Below, in pieces: positions 14,141-24,646 of a stretch of 64,000 bases of DNA (the stretch's first letter is position 1; each line of letters begins with the position of its first letter). This stretch comes from Tubiluchus corallicola (lineage: Eukaryota > Animalia > Priapulida): assembly GCA_030141605.1 (NCBI GenBank), contig JAQGDQ010000051.1, positions 642,628 to 706,627 on the forward strand. The letters are read 5' to 3'. The translations under genes and the position numbers were made by a program. The notes under the pieces were generated by a model. That model had not been told where the DNA came from. It did not search any database and saw only the letters and a list, made by a program, of their open reading frames with translations.

Positions 14141-15550
14141 AAAGAATATTCTGCTATAAGCAGAATCTTACTTATATAATAGTCTTTTGTATAATCAGTA
14201 TGTAAACTGTAAACAAAAATAATATTAAGAAGCAATGGAGTACAATTAACAGCTTACTGAAAATTAAAAGTAAAACACAAGTTGTCCCTTCCTCTGTAGA
14301 TAGCAATGGTCATGCTACAAGTGACCATCTCTCTATTGCTAATGCATTTAATAAATTCTTCCAGTCTGTAGGTAGTAATATGGCCAATAAAATCCCACCC
14401 ACTTTGAAGACATTCTTCAATGATACAAAACTAAGTATATGTTAATCAGTAGGAACCTTTCACAACAAGACTCTTCCACATTCGCACTCAAAATTGGCGA
14501 CATAACTTTAACACAAAGTAGTAGTATAAAATACCTTGGGTTGCATATTGACAACAATATGAAGTGGTCTACCCATATTTCCTCTACAGTAACAAAATTA
14601 AACAAAACAGCTGGTATTTTTGCAAAGTTAAGACATTTTATTAATTTCCCTGTTTTGAAAATGATCTACCATGCATTAGTCTGTCCGTACCTCCAATACT
14701 GTGTGTTGTCATGGTGGCAAACAAAAAAATACTTATTACAACCACTATTATCAGTTCAGAATAAAATAGTTAAATACATGACTTTCGCCAATTACAGAGA
14801 CCATGCAACACCATCGTACATACACCTTGGTTTATTGAAAATAGAAGATATTTATAATCTTAAATTATTTAAATTCATATATAAGTATAATAACCGGCAG
14901 TTGCCTGAATTGCCTTATATACTAACTACTTTACCTTAATCAAAGATGTTCACTCTCACTATACTAGGTCTTCCAGTATGTGACACTATTTTCAATCACG
15001 ATTTAACACAGCGTATGGCTTAAATACCTTACAGCACAATGGAGTTATTTTGTGGAATAGTGTACCCAATACAATCATTTCCTCTCCTTCTTTAAAAATA
15101 GCTAACAAACAATATAAGATATTTTTACTTAGTAAATATTCATTGGCGTAGAAAACCAGAGGTTTTTTCTCTTTTTTGTGCACGTGTGTCTTTTTGCACT
15201 AATGTTTTTCTTTTACTAATAGATATCATTACGACCTTTGTTACTTTATTAGTAAAAGGTATAAATTAATTTAAATGAAATTATTCATTCATCGCAGCCT
15301 ATGTCAAAATCGTAATTTCATATTATGTTTCCTTGCTATTATTACATCATTTACTTTATTACATCAATTACATTAAGTCATCTACAAAAGCACGCATAAC
15401 TTTAATAATTTTTCATTTAAGTAAGGTGAGTGTGTTAATGACCGTATGGTCGTACACTCACTTCGCACTACTCAAATAATTTTATTTATTGTTTATTAAT
15501 GTGTACAATATTGTATTTTGTTGTGTGAAAATAAATTCATAGTATAGTAT
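14141..15550 (+). mobile_element. CR1/L2-group (Crack-like) non-LTR retrotransposon, 5'-truncated and internally deleted
   Basis: Pre-RT linker KKQWSTINSLL...IANAFNKFFQSVG is followed directly by post-RT KTKYMLI...IKYLGLHIDNNMKWSTHI...LWNSVP. 3' stem-loop at 15424-15463, then AATAAA and an atagtatagtat tail. Confidence 0.85.
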
Positions 15551-15599
15551 GCATTTGATTTGTAGTTAGTGCTTACGTAACATTATTTTAATTGCAAAA

Positions 15600-15830
15600 T
15601 TATCTTGATATCTGTACAACGTTTTAAATGGTGTTTAATTTTGATCAAATTGGTAAGCACCTGATATTGTTGTCACCTCTTTTTTAGCATAAATATATAT
15701 GTTTTCGTTCGTACTTTAAATAGTTTGTCATTTGCGTTTTCCTAATCTTCACCGTTTCCACTAATTATGTGCTACCAGCAACTTAATACATTAGGTGACC
15801 TTACATACGCCCGCTTCTTAGGTCTCCTGG
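15600..15830. repeat. Unclassified dispersed repeat, second copy at ~18490-18700
   Basis: atagtttgtcatttgcgttttcct...ctaattatgtgctacca...cttaatacattaggtgacct resembles atagtttgtcacttgggttttcct...ctaattatgcgttacca...cttaatacttaggtggcct. Confidence 0.55.
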
Positions 15831-18329
15831 GAATTTAGCAATACTGCACTAATGACATAACTTAGCATTCAGTACTATTAATCATTATAAATTTTGATAT
15901 GTGAGGTTATAACAATTACATACGTGCATTTTATTGCCAATTCTATCGACCTGTAACTGCTATAAGTGTACTTAAATATTGGTCCGCAAATAATCTTGTG
16001 GCATGCAACGTACTTCTGTATGTTGATATGGTACGGTATTACTCTAGCTAGTATGTGAGTACTGTAAAACCCTGGTCGGGAATTGTGTCTGTAGTAAATG
16101 TACTGTGTATAGGACACCATCTTTGTCTTAAATGAAGCTGCATCATTTGTATGAATTAAACTTGTATGAATAAATGTATTGAATTTCGAGGCGATCTATA
16201 CATACATAAAACTTGGTAGCTTGTGACCACTTTAACTTGAATGCTCCTTTAACTTAGGTGACAATAACGTACTTAGCTTGTCTGTGTACGTGGTAAATAC
16301 TTTACGTAAGACAATAATTGACAGTTTTTCCATGCTGATGATGTATTTTGGTAAAACCACTTTTTTATGCAAACCTGGTCTCTGATTTACAGATCTATTT
16401 TAATATTACGAGGCTAGCCTATTCTTTATTTGGACTTGCTTATCAATAATTTAAGCTGCTTTTCTTGATTATTTTCATGAACAAAATTGTCTCGAGTGTA
16501 GAGATCATACTCAATAATTAACAGTCGTACAAAAATATGGTTATGTCAGATACATCCATAATTATGTACTGATGAGTGTGAACTTCTTTAACTATAATTA
16601 TTTGCATCTATAGTGTTTTGCTTTCCATAATCATTTTGTATAAAAATGTGCTATGCAGAAAATGTGCCATCTTACTGTGTTGATGCTACATACATAAGTT
16701 ACATTTGTCAAGAATGCCATGTAAAAAACAAATGTAAAGTTTTTAAGATATGCATGAACAGAAAGATTTATTTCATATTAGGAAGTCCAGCTGACATTTC
16801 ACAAATAAATAGATAAGTAAAAAAGAGAATAAAACTGCATTAAAATCTCATTACCCTCGGAATCTTTACAAATACATATCTACAATCAGCATTTTGCCAT
16901 CTGCACAGGTGCATGAGGAAAACAAGGCCATCTGTGAAAATCTATAATTTTCAATTGTTGTTAATTTCACATGCTTTTACAGTGTACACTATACTACTGA
17001 ACTTTGTGTCACTTCTCAATAACAATATGCCACTCTGGGCAAACTAAGTCAAGCTTTCTCCTGTATTATAATGATAGCATACAACAGAGGTAGCAAAACG
17101 ACAATGTAATGTTCACCAACATTGCACCAATTAAATTGCAATAAAATGTTATCTACAATTATTATTTGAATTTCTAGTGATGTACAATAAAACAAATAAT
17201 GCTTCTTTTTTTCAGACAACAGTTAATTTAAGACCACTCCTCTTGACTGACAATACCTTCAGGTCACAAATGCCCTACAGCCCACAAAACTATACATTGT
17301 TTGTATACTACTGCTCTATTATGTCAGAAATGTTTAACCAACGATCTCACCATTAAATTGGTAACTTCACAAACTTTTAATAAATAAACCTTACACTTAT
17401 TTGAGTTTAGCTTGTAGAAAAAAGTTAAACAGTTGTAGTTAGTGAACATGTTACCATGGAGCAATGTTAACAATGAGGTTTATGAAAGGGTATAAGAATT
17501 GAATGATAATAATCTACTGAACTGAATGAATAAGATTAGTTTGCATCTATTCTCCATAAATTCATACCATCAGTGGATAATCAGTTCATGGGAATTGGGA
17601 TACGAAGCCGATCCACACAGCTTTCGGGCTGTTTACTGCTGTTTCAGGAGAAAGCAGGGCGCCCATGAACCATGAAGGCTTTCTAAGGAACCTTTGCATC
17701 TAAGTGTACGAAATTACTGCACAAAGATAATGTCATATTTGATTTTAGTTGCTCTATGTTTGTAACAAATAAAAAGGGTCCACGAGATGGTGATGATGAT
17801 TATGACGAGTATTTGTCGGGGAATTTGTAGATTTTCCGAAAAAGAAGTTGAGTGGCATTGGCAATACAATCAATTTGCATGAGCCACAGAAAAAATAATC
17901 TGTGATCAAAAATAGAAGCCCAATAAATTATAATCAATTAAATTAAGATTGGTTCTGCTAATACTTCTTCTGCAAAACTGTTTTTAAAACATACTACTAT
18001 TAGTACAGTCAACATATAAAACAAATTGTCCAGCTACCAAATGTGTCATAACTGAACCATGTCTGAAACAGTTCTCGAATGTGTGCACTATACATCTCTG
18101 AAACAATACCTATTTTTCATGTAACATGTTTCCGTGATGCAGTGTACATTCAACTAGCGAATGGCGAAATGCATGTCATAGCAGAGAACTAGCAGCGTGA
18201 TGTGAAATTACATTTCTGTGGTAATAATTCTTTCACGTAAGTCATTCTTGAAAAAATAGTTATGTTCCCTTTCAATTTTTTATAGGTTGATTAATCGTCG
18301 GTTGATTAATTCTGGATAAGGGGATAATC

Positions 18330-20004
18330 GAGAATTTAGTATGGGAGCAGTCAAGATGGCCGATAAGATGGCTGTTGCCTCATAAGGGCCATATCTTTTT
18401 GAAATGATCTCTTTTGGCCTTCCTTTCTTTGTGAACAAAGTCTTTAAATGTTTTATCAACTAACACACATGTATAGTATTATGTAATTTGTTAGATACAT
18501 TGCTACACGCTGCAACAGGCAAGTAGCTTAGATAGATCACCATTCATTTAATTTTTTTTTCAAATATTGCCCTGTTCATAGTTTGTCACTTGGGTTTTCC
18601 TATCTACATTTTTAATAATAGTCGCCTCTTCTACTAATTATGCGTTACCAATCTCTTAATACTTAGGTGGCCTAGCATAAATCCGCATCTTGTCAGTTCT
18701 GTCAGCCTTTACTGGTAGCGACCAGAATTCAGATTTTGCCAGGAGAAAAAACGACAGCCAGTCCACATGGCACGTGTTTGAAGAGGTACCAGAAGAATTT
18801 GGTGACTCAAAGCATTATTTCTAGAGCTAAGCTGCTGACTTGCCTCATATTTTTGCTTGTACGTTTTGCTGCACTCTGGTATAACAAAGCCGCATGCATA
18901 ATTGTGACAGTTGACAAAGCACCTAAAGACTTGTCCACAAGGAAAAGAGTGTCATTAAGTGCAAGATTTGGTTGTAACATCGAGTAGAGCTGTTGGGACC
19001 AGGTACTGATCCTTACCCTAAACTTTTCCGTCACCATGTGATTGAGGCTAGAAAAATGATACTGAACTGATAAGAAAATCACAGTAGATCTTGCATTCTG
19101 ATGCCAAGTGAGTGTCCATAACTTATTAAATGTTGTTGCCAGAAGAGAAAGGCATACATTTACTGTGGCAGGTGTAAATGTATTCAAAAGCAAGTACTGT
19201 TTGCACCACGCAAATGTGGTGGCAAATGTGACAGAATGTTTAGAAGCAATGTTATTATTAAAAACCTACCTATTATTTATTTATAATAAAAATTATATAT
19301 TCATTCTATTTATATTATTTTTAAAACTTATCTAGACACTAAAATCATTCTACCTGCAGTAAAACATGCAAACGGCAAATAAATTACATGAACACCAGTA
19401 TTTGCAGTCATGGTGAAATCCTAAATAAGGCAGGTTATACATGCATATAAGCATCCAACACGGACTTCGTGCCATTTGAAAACCTATATTTAGACACCAA
19501 AATTATCATCCTATCTGCTTTTGTAACTAAGATATGACCCTTATATTCTGGCAACAGCAATCTTGCTGGTCATTTTAAATTGTGGCCACAATGGGCAACT
19601 TACGTAACCAAGACTAATCATTTTAATGGGTTTTAGCTTTTAAAGTAAAGTGAGCAATTCTGTAATTTTGTGTAACATTTACAGTCATTTTCAAATGGGG
19701 TGATGTTACAGTGGCAATTAAGTATCAGATTTGGAACCCTTGACGCAGAAAATCTATATTTAAACGTCAAAAAAACATCAAAGTCGTCATCCTACTAGCT
19801 ACTATAAGCTGTTTACTAGTCCAGATATAGCCCTTATAAGCCGCCAACAGCCATATCGTTGGTTTCTTGAAAATTAGGGCCATATTGGACAACTTTTGAT
19901 TGATTCCATACACAAAATTAATTGAATAAGTGGGTTCTAGCACTTCTGCAAAGTTTCATGCTTTCAAGTCAAAATAAGCAATTTTTTACCATTCAGGTTG
20001 ACTA
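18330..20004 (+). mobile_element. Decayed Academ(X)-like DNA transposon derivative
   Basis: Frameshifted XPG/FEN1-like motif AFTGSDQNSDFA at ~18705 and a Cys-rich C-terminus (KCC...CGRCKC...KCGGKC) at ~19130-19230. 18333-18395 is an imperfect inverted repeat of 19823-19920. The right end terminates in CTA at 20004. Confidence 0.55.
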
Positions 20005-20245
20005 AATATTCTACCAATTGATTTTGGTCCAATGGTTGCCACATTTTTTGACATCACAGTTAGAACCTTTGTGATACTCCATTTTTGGCCTGTTTTGGTA
20101 TATTATTCTCTGGATTAAATATTACAAGAAAACACCATAAATCGTTTTCTTGCAATTTTTTGGGGTGTCAGCAAATTGATCCTACTATATGTATAACTGA
20201 GAAATGATGAATCATCAATATACTAGGATTATTAAGCTTGCACAA

Positions 20246-20251
20246 TTTATT
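20246..20251 (-). promoter_or_regulatory. Candidate TMEM131 polyadenylation signal AATAAA
   Basis: First minus-strand AATAAA noticed, ~210 nt downstream of the stop codon; usage not demonstrable from sequence. Confidence 0.3.
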
Positions 20252-20463
20252 ATAGTTGTACTATGCTGGAGTAACGAGCACTTCCATAAATATTAAGAAA
20301 TTATCAGTTTTTGTCACTCACAAGTCTGTTTTTAAAAGTGTCACTGCAGATGCCAACATTTTTATACATAATTACATTTTATATGGTACACTTTAGCAAG
20401 TGCATTACTTTGAGGAACAGCATGACAGCGAAGTACATGGCATTGTTAGTTGCAAGTTTCCAC

Positions 20464-20595
20464 TTAATTCTTATTATTCTGAAAGATGGATGCCCACGAG
20501 GTGGTGGTGTTTTCTGGCTGATTAGTGCAGCCACTGCTCCAGATGTTCCGCAAGCTTGACATAGACCAGGTAGAGAAGGGATCAAAACGTGGTTC
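20464..20595 (-). CDS. TMEM131: TMEM131 terminal coding exon (EPRFDPFSTWSMSSLRNIWSSG...NKN*)
   Basis: tttttatag acceptor, phase 0 matching the previous exon, TAA stop at 20464-20466. Ser/Trp-rich FDPF..IWS tail resembles the TMEM131 C-terminus. Confidence 0.75.
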   Translation of the reverse strand, partial: EPRFDPFSTWSMSSLRNIWSSGCTNQPENTTTSWASIFQNNKN

Positions 20596-22209
20596 CTATA
20601 AAAATAATTCAAAAACATCATGAACAGTGCAGTTTGTAGTGTAATAACTAACTTAGTAGCACTGCATAAGAGACTTTCGCTTATAAGAGACTACATTTTT
20701 AGGTCTCCCATGCAATAGAAATTATTATTTATCTACTATATCGTATATATTAATTTCGGTGGTGTATATATATATGATATTATATATATGGATATATAAC
20801 TGATGAAGCTACAGCTCCAATGACGGCACCATTTTAGGCAATCAAACGAAAGGTCCGGACCCACAGATTTGCCATTGGGGTTTTATTTTTCGAATCGGGT
20901 CCACCGGGATGAACGAGGAGCAAAAAACCTCCAGAAAACGCCCTTTTCGGCCATCTTTTGCAAAACTTATGCCTCTTATTTCTAGAGAATAGTCATATTT
21001 AGATATCGCATGATTTCAACAAAGCATATGAACCAGCAAAATGAATGACACAGGTGTAATTAATCTGCTTTTTGGAAGAAGTTGCAATGTCGATGGGTTT
21101 ACTTGAAAAACCAGTGGGTCTAAGGTTTGATGTTACATTTTACACGGGTCTGCTTAGGCATTACGGTTTTTCACGTTAACTAAAGCAAGTGTTGGTTTTA
21201 TTCATAGCATGAAATAGAAGGCAGGATTATGATTAATTTTACTATTTTTATTGACTTTTTAGCTCTCTTAGAAAACCAAACATTACACCATAATAAACTA
21301 TAAGTAACAGTTTAAAAGGATAAGCAATAACAACAAAACGAATCAAAAGGCAAAATATTGACTTTCAATCTGTGAACCCTTCCCCCGAAAGGATAAGGAA
21401 ATGGAAGACGAATCGAGACGTAGCTCACTGCTAATACCAGCAAAAAACACTGGCACGTTCAGTTCGTATACACAAGTATCAGTGGTGACGATGACAGCTC
21501 GAGCATTTAGCAAACATAGACTAGAAAATGACTTTCACATGCCCTCCTTGTTCACGATCGGCCTAAGATAGTCTCAAGCACCCGGCTAGTTGTGGCGAGT
21601 CACCTTTCTATTTAGCTAGGCTTTGGATTAAGTACACAGCATGATCAAAGCTCCAACCAAACTTCATTGGTTTGGTATCACAACTGCGTCTCTTCATATC
21701 AGGTAAACAAACAGATGTGCACAGGTTTAAGCAAGTTTAGATAACCATTTTTAGTTAATAAAAGTAAAAGCATTTTTAGCAAAAGTAATCACAGAGGTAT
21801 AAAATTTGAGGTCTAAAACAGTTAAGATTAAGTTTGTGAGATAGAATAAATTATTTTCACCGATTTCCAAACATCATAAACAGACAAACTTTTTTTTGGC
21901 TTTAATGCAAGAAACAATTCAACTTTAATAATAAGCCCACAAAAATTATCATTAGTAAGATCATGCAATATCCTGATCTTTAAATAATTAATATGTTCAA
22001 TTAAGTTCCCTCGTTCACATTTTACTCTAGCAGCTCGAAAAAAATCAACAAAGAAAATAACATGTATAAGAGTAATCCAATCAATTGATCGAAATGAACA
22101 CTCCCATATAAAAAAAACAATACGAAGGCTAATTCAAAAAATTTAAAGCAAAGCTAACAGGTTATGCAACAATAATGCATATTGTTGACAAACTGGTTAT
22201 GCAACAATA

Positions 22210-23652
22210 ATGCATATTGTTGACAAACTGCTCGAACTCATTTGTAACTTATTTTTAAAACTTTATTTTAATTCAAAGAAGTATCATGACGGTATAGAAA
22301 AAATTATAACAGCAATATCTCAGCCTGGCAATTACAGACCAATATCTCTCTTATCACCAGTATCAAAAGTTTTTGAGAGGCTAATTTACAAGAGATTATA
22401 CCAGTTTGTTGTGAAAAGTAATATCCTAAGTAAATACCAGTTTGGTTTCAGAAAAAATTATTCAACTGTCCTTGCTGTATCCGAATTAATAGACACGACC
22501 TCTCTAGACACTGACAAAAAATTACTGAATTGCGGAATATTTTTAGACTTATCAAAAGCTTTTGATACCGTACAGCATAGTATACTAATAGCCAAATTAA
22601 ACCATTATGGCATCAGAGGTCTACCTTTGCAACTAATTCAGTCATATCTAACTAACAGAAAACAATTCATATCTATTAACAATGTATCATCAGACTATAA
22701 ACACATATCGTGTGGAGTGCCACAAGGCTCTTATTTAGGACCTCTTCTATTCTTAATTTATATTAACGATCTTCCCACATGCAGCAACTTTCGAACCCGA
22801 ATATTTGCTGATGACACTAATTTGTTCATGTCTGACTCCAATATAAATAATCTGCAAAAATCTGTTAATGACGAAATGAAAAAAATAGACCTGTGGATGA
22901 GGGCAAACCAGCTATCAATTAACTACAAAAAAACCAAATTTATGATAATCAACAATAAGCAAATTAACAATGCTAATAATCCAAAATTTCATATTATAAT
23001 AAACAAACACAAAATTGAAGAAACAGACAACATCAAATACTTGGGCCTACTCATTGATAATAAATTAACATGGGAACCACATATAAAACACATAACATAC
23101 AAATTAAGTCGAATTACTGGAATAATTTTAAAAGTAAGGCACTACGTTGACCAATATATTCTGAAACTTCTATATAATTCGTTAGTTTTCCCTTATTTAC
23201 AATATTCCATCTTAACATGGGGTACGGCTTTTGCATCAATTCAAAAATTAATACAGACACAACAAAACAAAATAGTAAAACTAATAACTTTTGCTCGCAA
23301 ATATGATCATGCTACACCATCGTTCGTAAAATTAGAAATTTTAAAAGTAAGAGATATTTACAATCTTGAGTTGTTCAAATTTATGTATAAATTCAATGCT
23401 GGTTTATTACCTGAACTTTTTAGTGAATATTTCACTAATGTTTCTGATATACATTCCTTCTCCACAAGAGCTGCTTCTAATGAAAAGTATTTTGTGGAGA
23501 GATTTTTTACCCGACATGGTTTCAATAGCTTAAAATCACGAGGAGTTAAATTATGGAACTCGTTGCCAAAAGATACCTTTGGAGGTAGCTTATTTTCTGC
23601 TTCCAAAAAATACACAAAATTCTTACTAAATGAATATACCTGTAATACATAA
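22210..23652 (+). CDS. Reverse transcriptase ORF (LINE ORF2 lacking endonuclease); the first ~38 codons derive from flank and LTR
   Basis: 480-aa ORF with NYRPISLL, QFGFRK, FLDLSKAFDTV, GVPQGSYLGPLLFLIYINDL, FADD and KYLG motifs. Confidence 0.85.
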   Translation: MHIVDKLLELICNLFLKLYFNSKKYHDGIEKIITAISQPGNYRPISLLSPVSKVFERLIYKRLYQFVVKSNILSKYQFGFRKNYSTVLAVSELIDTTSLDTDKKLLNCGIFLDLSKAFDTVQHSILIAKLNHYGIRGLPLQLIQSYLTNRKQFISINNVSSDYKHISCGVPQGSYLGPLLFLIYINDLPTCSNFRTRIFADDTNLFMSDSNINNLQKSVNDEMKKIDLWMRANQLSINYKKTKFMIINNKQINNANNPKFHIIINKHKIEETDNIKYLGLLIDNKLTWEPHIKHITYKLSRITGIILKVRHYVDQYILKLLYNSLVFPYLQYSILTWGTAFASIQKLIQTQQNKIVKLITFARKYDHATPSFVKLEILKVRDIYNLELFKFMYKFNAGLLPELFSEYFTNVSDIHSFSTRAASNEKYFVERFFTRHGFNSLKSRGVKLWNSLPKDTFGGSLFSASKKYTKFLLNEYTCNT

Positions 23653-24274
23653 CTTGTAAGACTAATAAGCAAGCTATCAAGTGTTTTTTTTTCTCATCTC
23701 CTAAGTAATTGTTGCTCTTTCTTATACTTACTTTTTCTCTTAAATTTTCTATATTACACTTTTTTTGATACTTATTTTATCTCTCCATACAGTCAAAATC
23801 CCCTGTCAATAAGGCCCCTATTTGAAAATACATGTAATAATCATAATTACTTGTATTAATTGTATTGTTTTGTTTAGATTTAGGTGTCATCTAACTTTAT
23901 TATTTTTTGTTTTCACTTATACTGTTTTCATTTATACTTTGTTTTCATTTATACTGTTTATTATTATTATTTTTTTCCTATTTGATTTTGTTATCCGCAG
24001 TCTCACCATTTACTTTTAATATACTAATTTAATTATAAGACAGGGCAGGAGACTAGATGACCCTATGGTCCTTCCCTGCCCTGCTCCACTACTATAATTA
24101 AGTAATATTTAAAAAAACTTGTCATGTCAAACAAATGGAGAAAATAAATGTTCTATGTCTATGTCTATGTCTATGTCAGCCCTGCTTCGTATGTATAGAG
24201 AGAATCCAGCCGTGACGTCACATTCATACTTTTAAAGTTTAAATTATTGGCCTACTACAGTACATTTTTTAACA
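22218..24274 (-). repeat. 3' LTR of the BEL/Pao element, split by a LINE into ~22218-22325 and ~24172-24274
   Basis: tgttgacaaactgctcgaactc...aacagcaat and gtcagccctgcttcgtat...tttttaaca match consecutive parts of the intact LTR at 29927-30170. TGTT...AACA termini. Confidence 0.9.
22326..24177 (+). mobile_element. Young 5'-truncated CR1/L2-group (Crack-like) LINE nested in the LTR
   Basis: Uninterrupted RT frame, AT-rich 3' UTR, stem-loop at 24041-24083, AATAAA and a (CTATGT)n tail. Candidate TSD tatctcagcc (22316-22325) / tatgtcagcc (24172-24181). Confidence 0.92.
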
Positions 24275-24286
24275 TTTCCCTGCCTC
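24275..24286 (-). promoter_or_regulatory. Polypurine tract of the BEL/Pao element
   Basis: Minus-strand GAGGCAGGGAAA immediately precedes the TG of the 3' LTR. Confidence 0.75.
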
Positions 24287-24646
24287 ACAATGTGCAACCT
24301 GTTTAACAAATATTTTGCCTCATAGCAAATGAAAATTTATCTGATTTCTACACAAACGTTCTATGCTTAATGATTGCTTAATGTTACACGTTTATGATAG
24401 CAAACATTTTCTCAATGAACTATTTGTAATGAAAAAGTATTTAATCGCTGCTTTTCTTTGGGTGTTTAAGACATGGTTCTAAATCCCATTCTCAAAATTT
24501 AACAAAAATTAGCTAGCTGCCTATGACAATGAAATAACTAAAATTAGTTTACTTCTACTTTACACCTTTAACTTCAACTTTAACATAACATGAGTAAGTA
24601 AAATTGATATAAGACAGTTATCTAAACTATGCAAAACTAAACTTAA

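Noticed and set aside
20798-20830. Hammerhead candidate ctgatgaagctacagct
   Set aside because: No GAAA or stem III follows.
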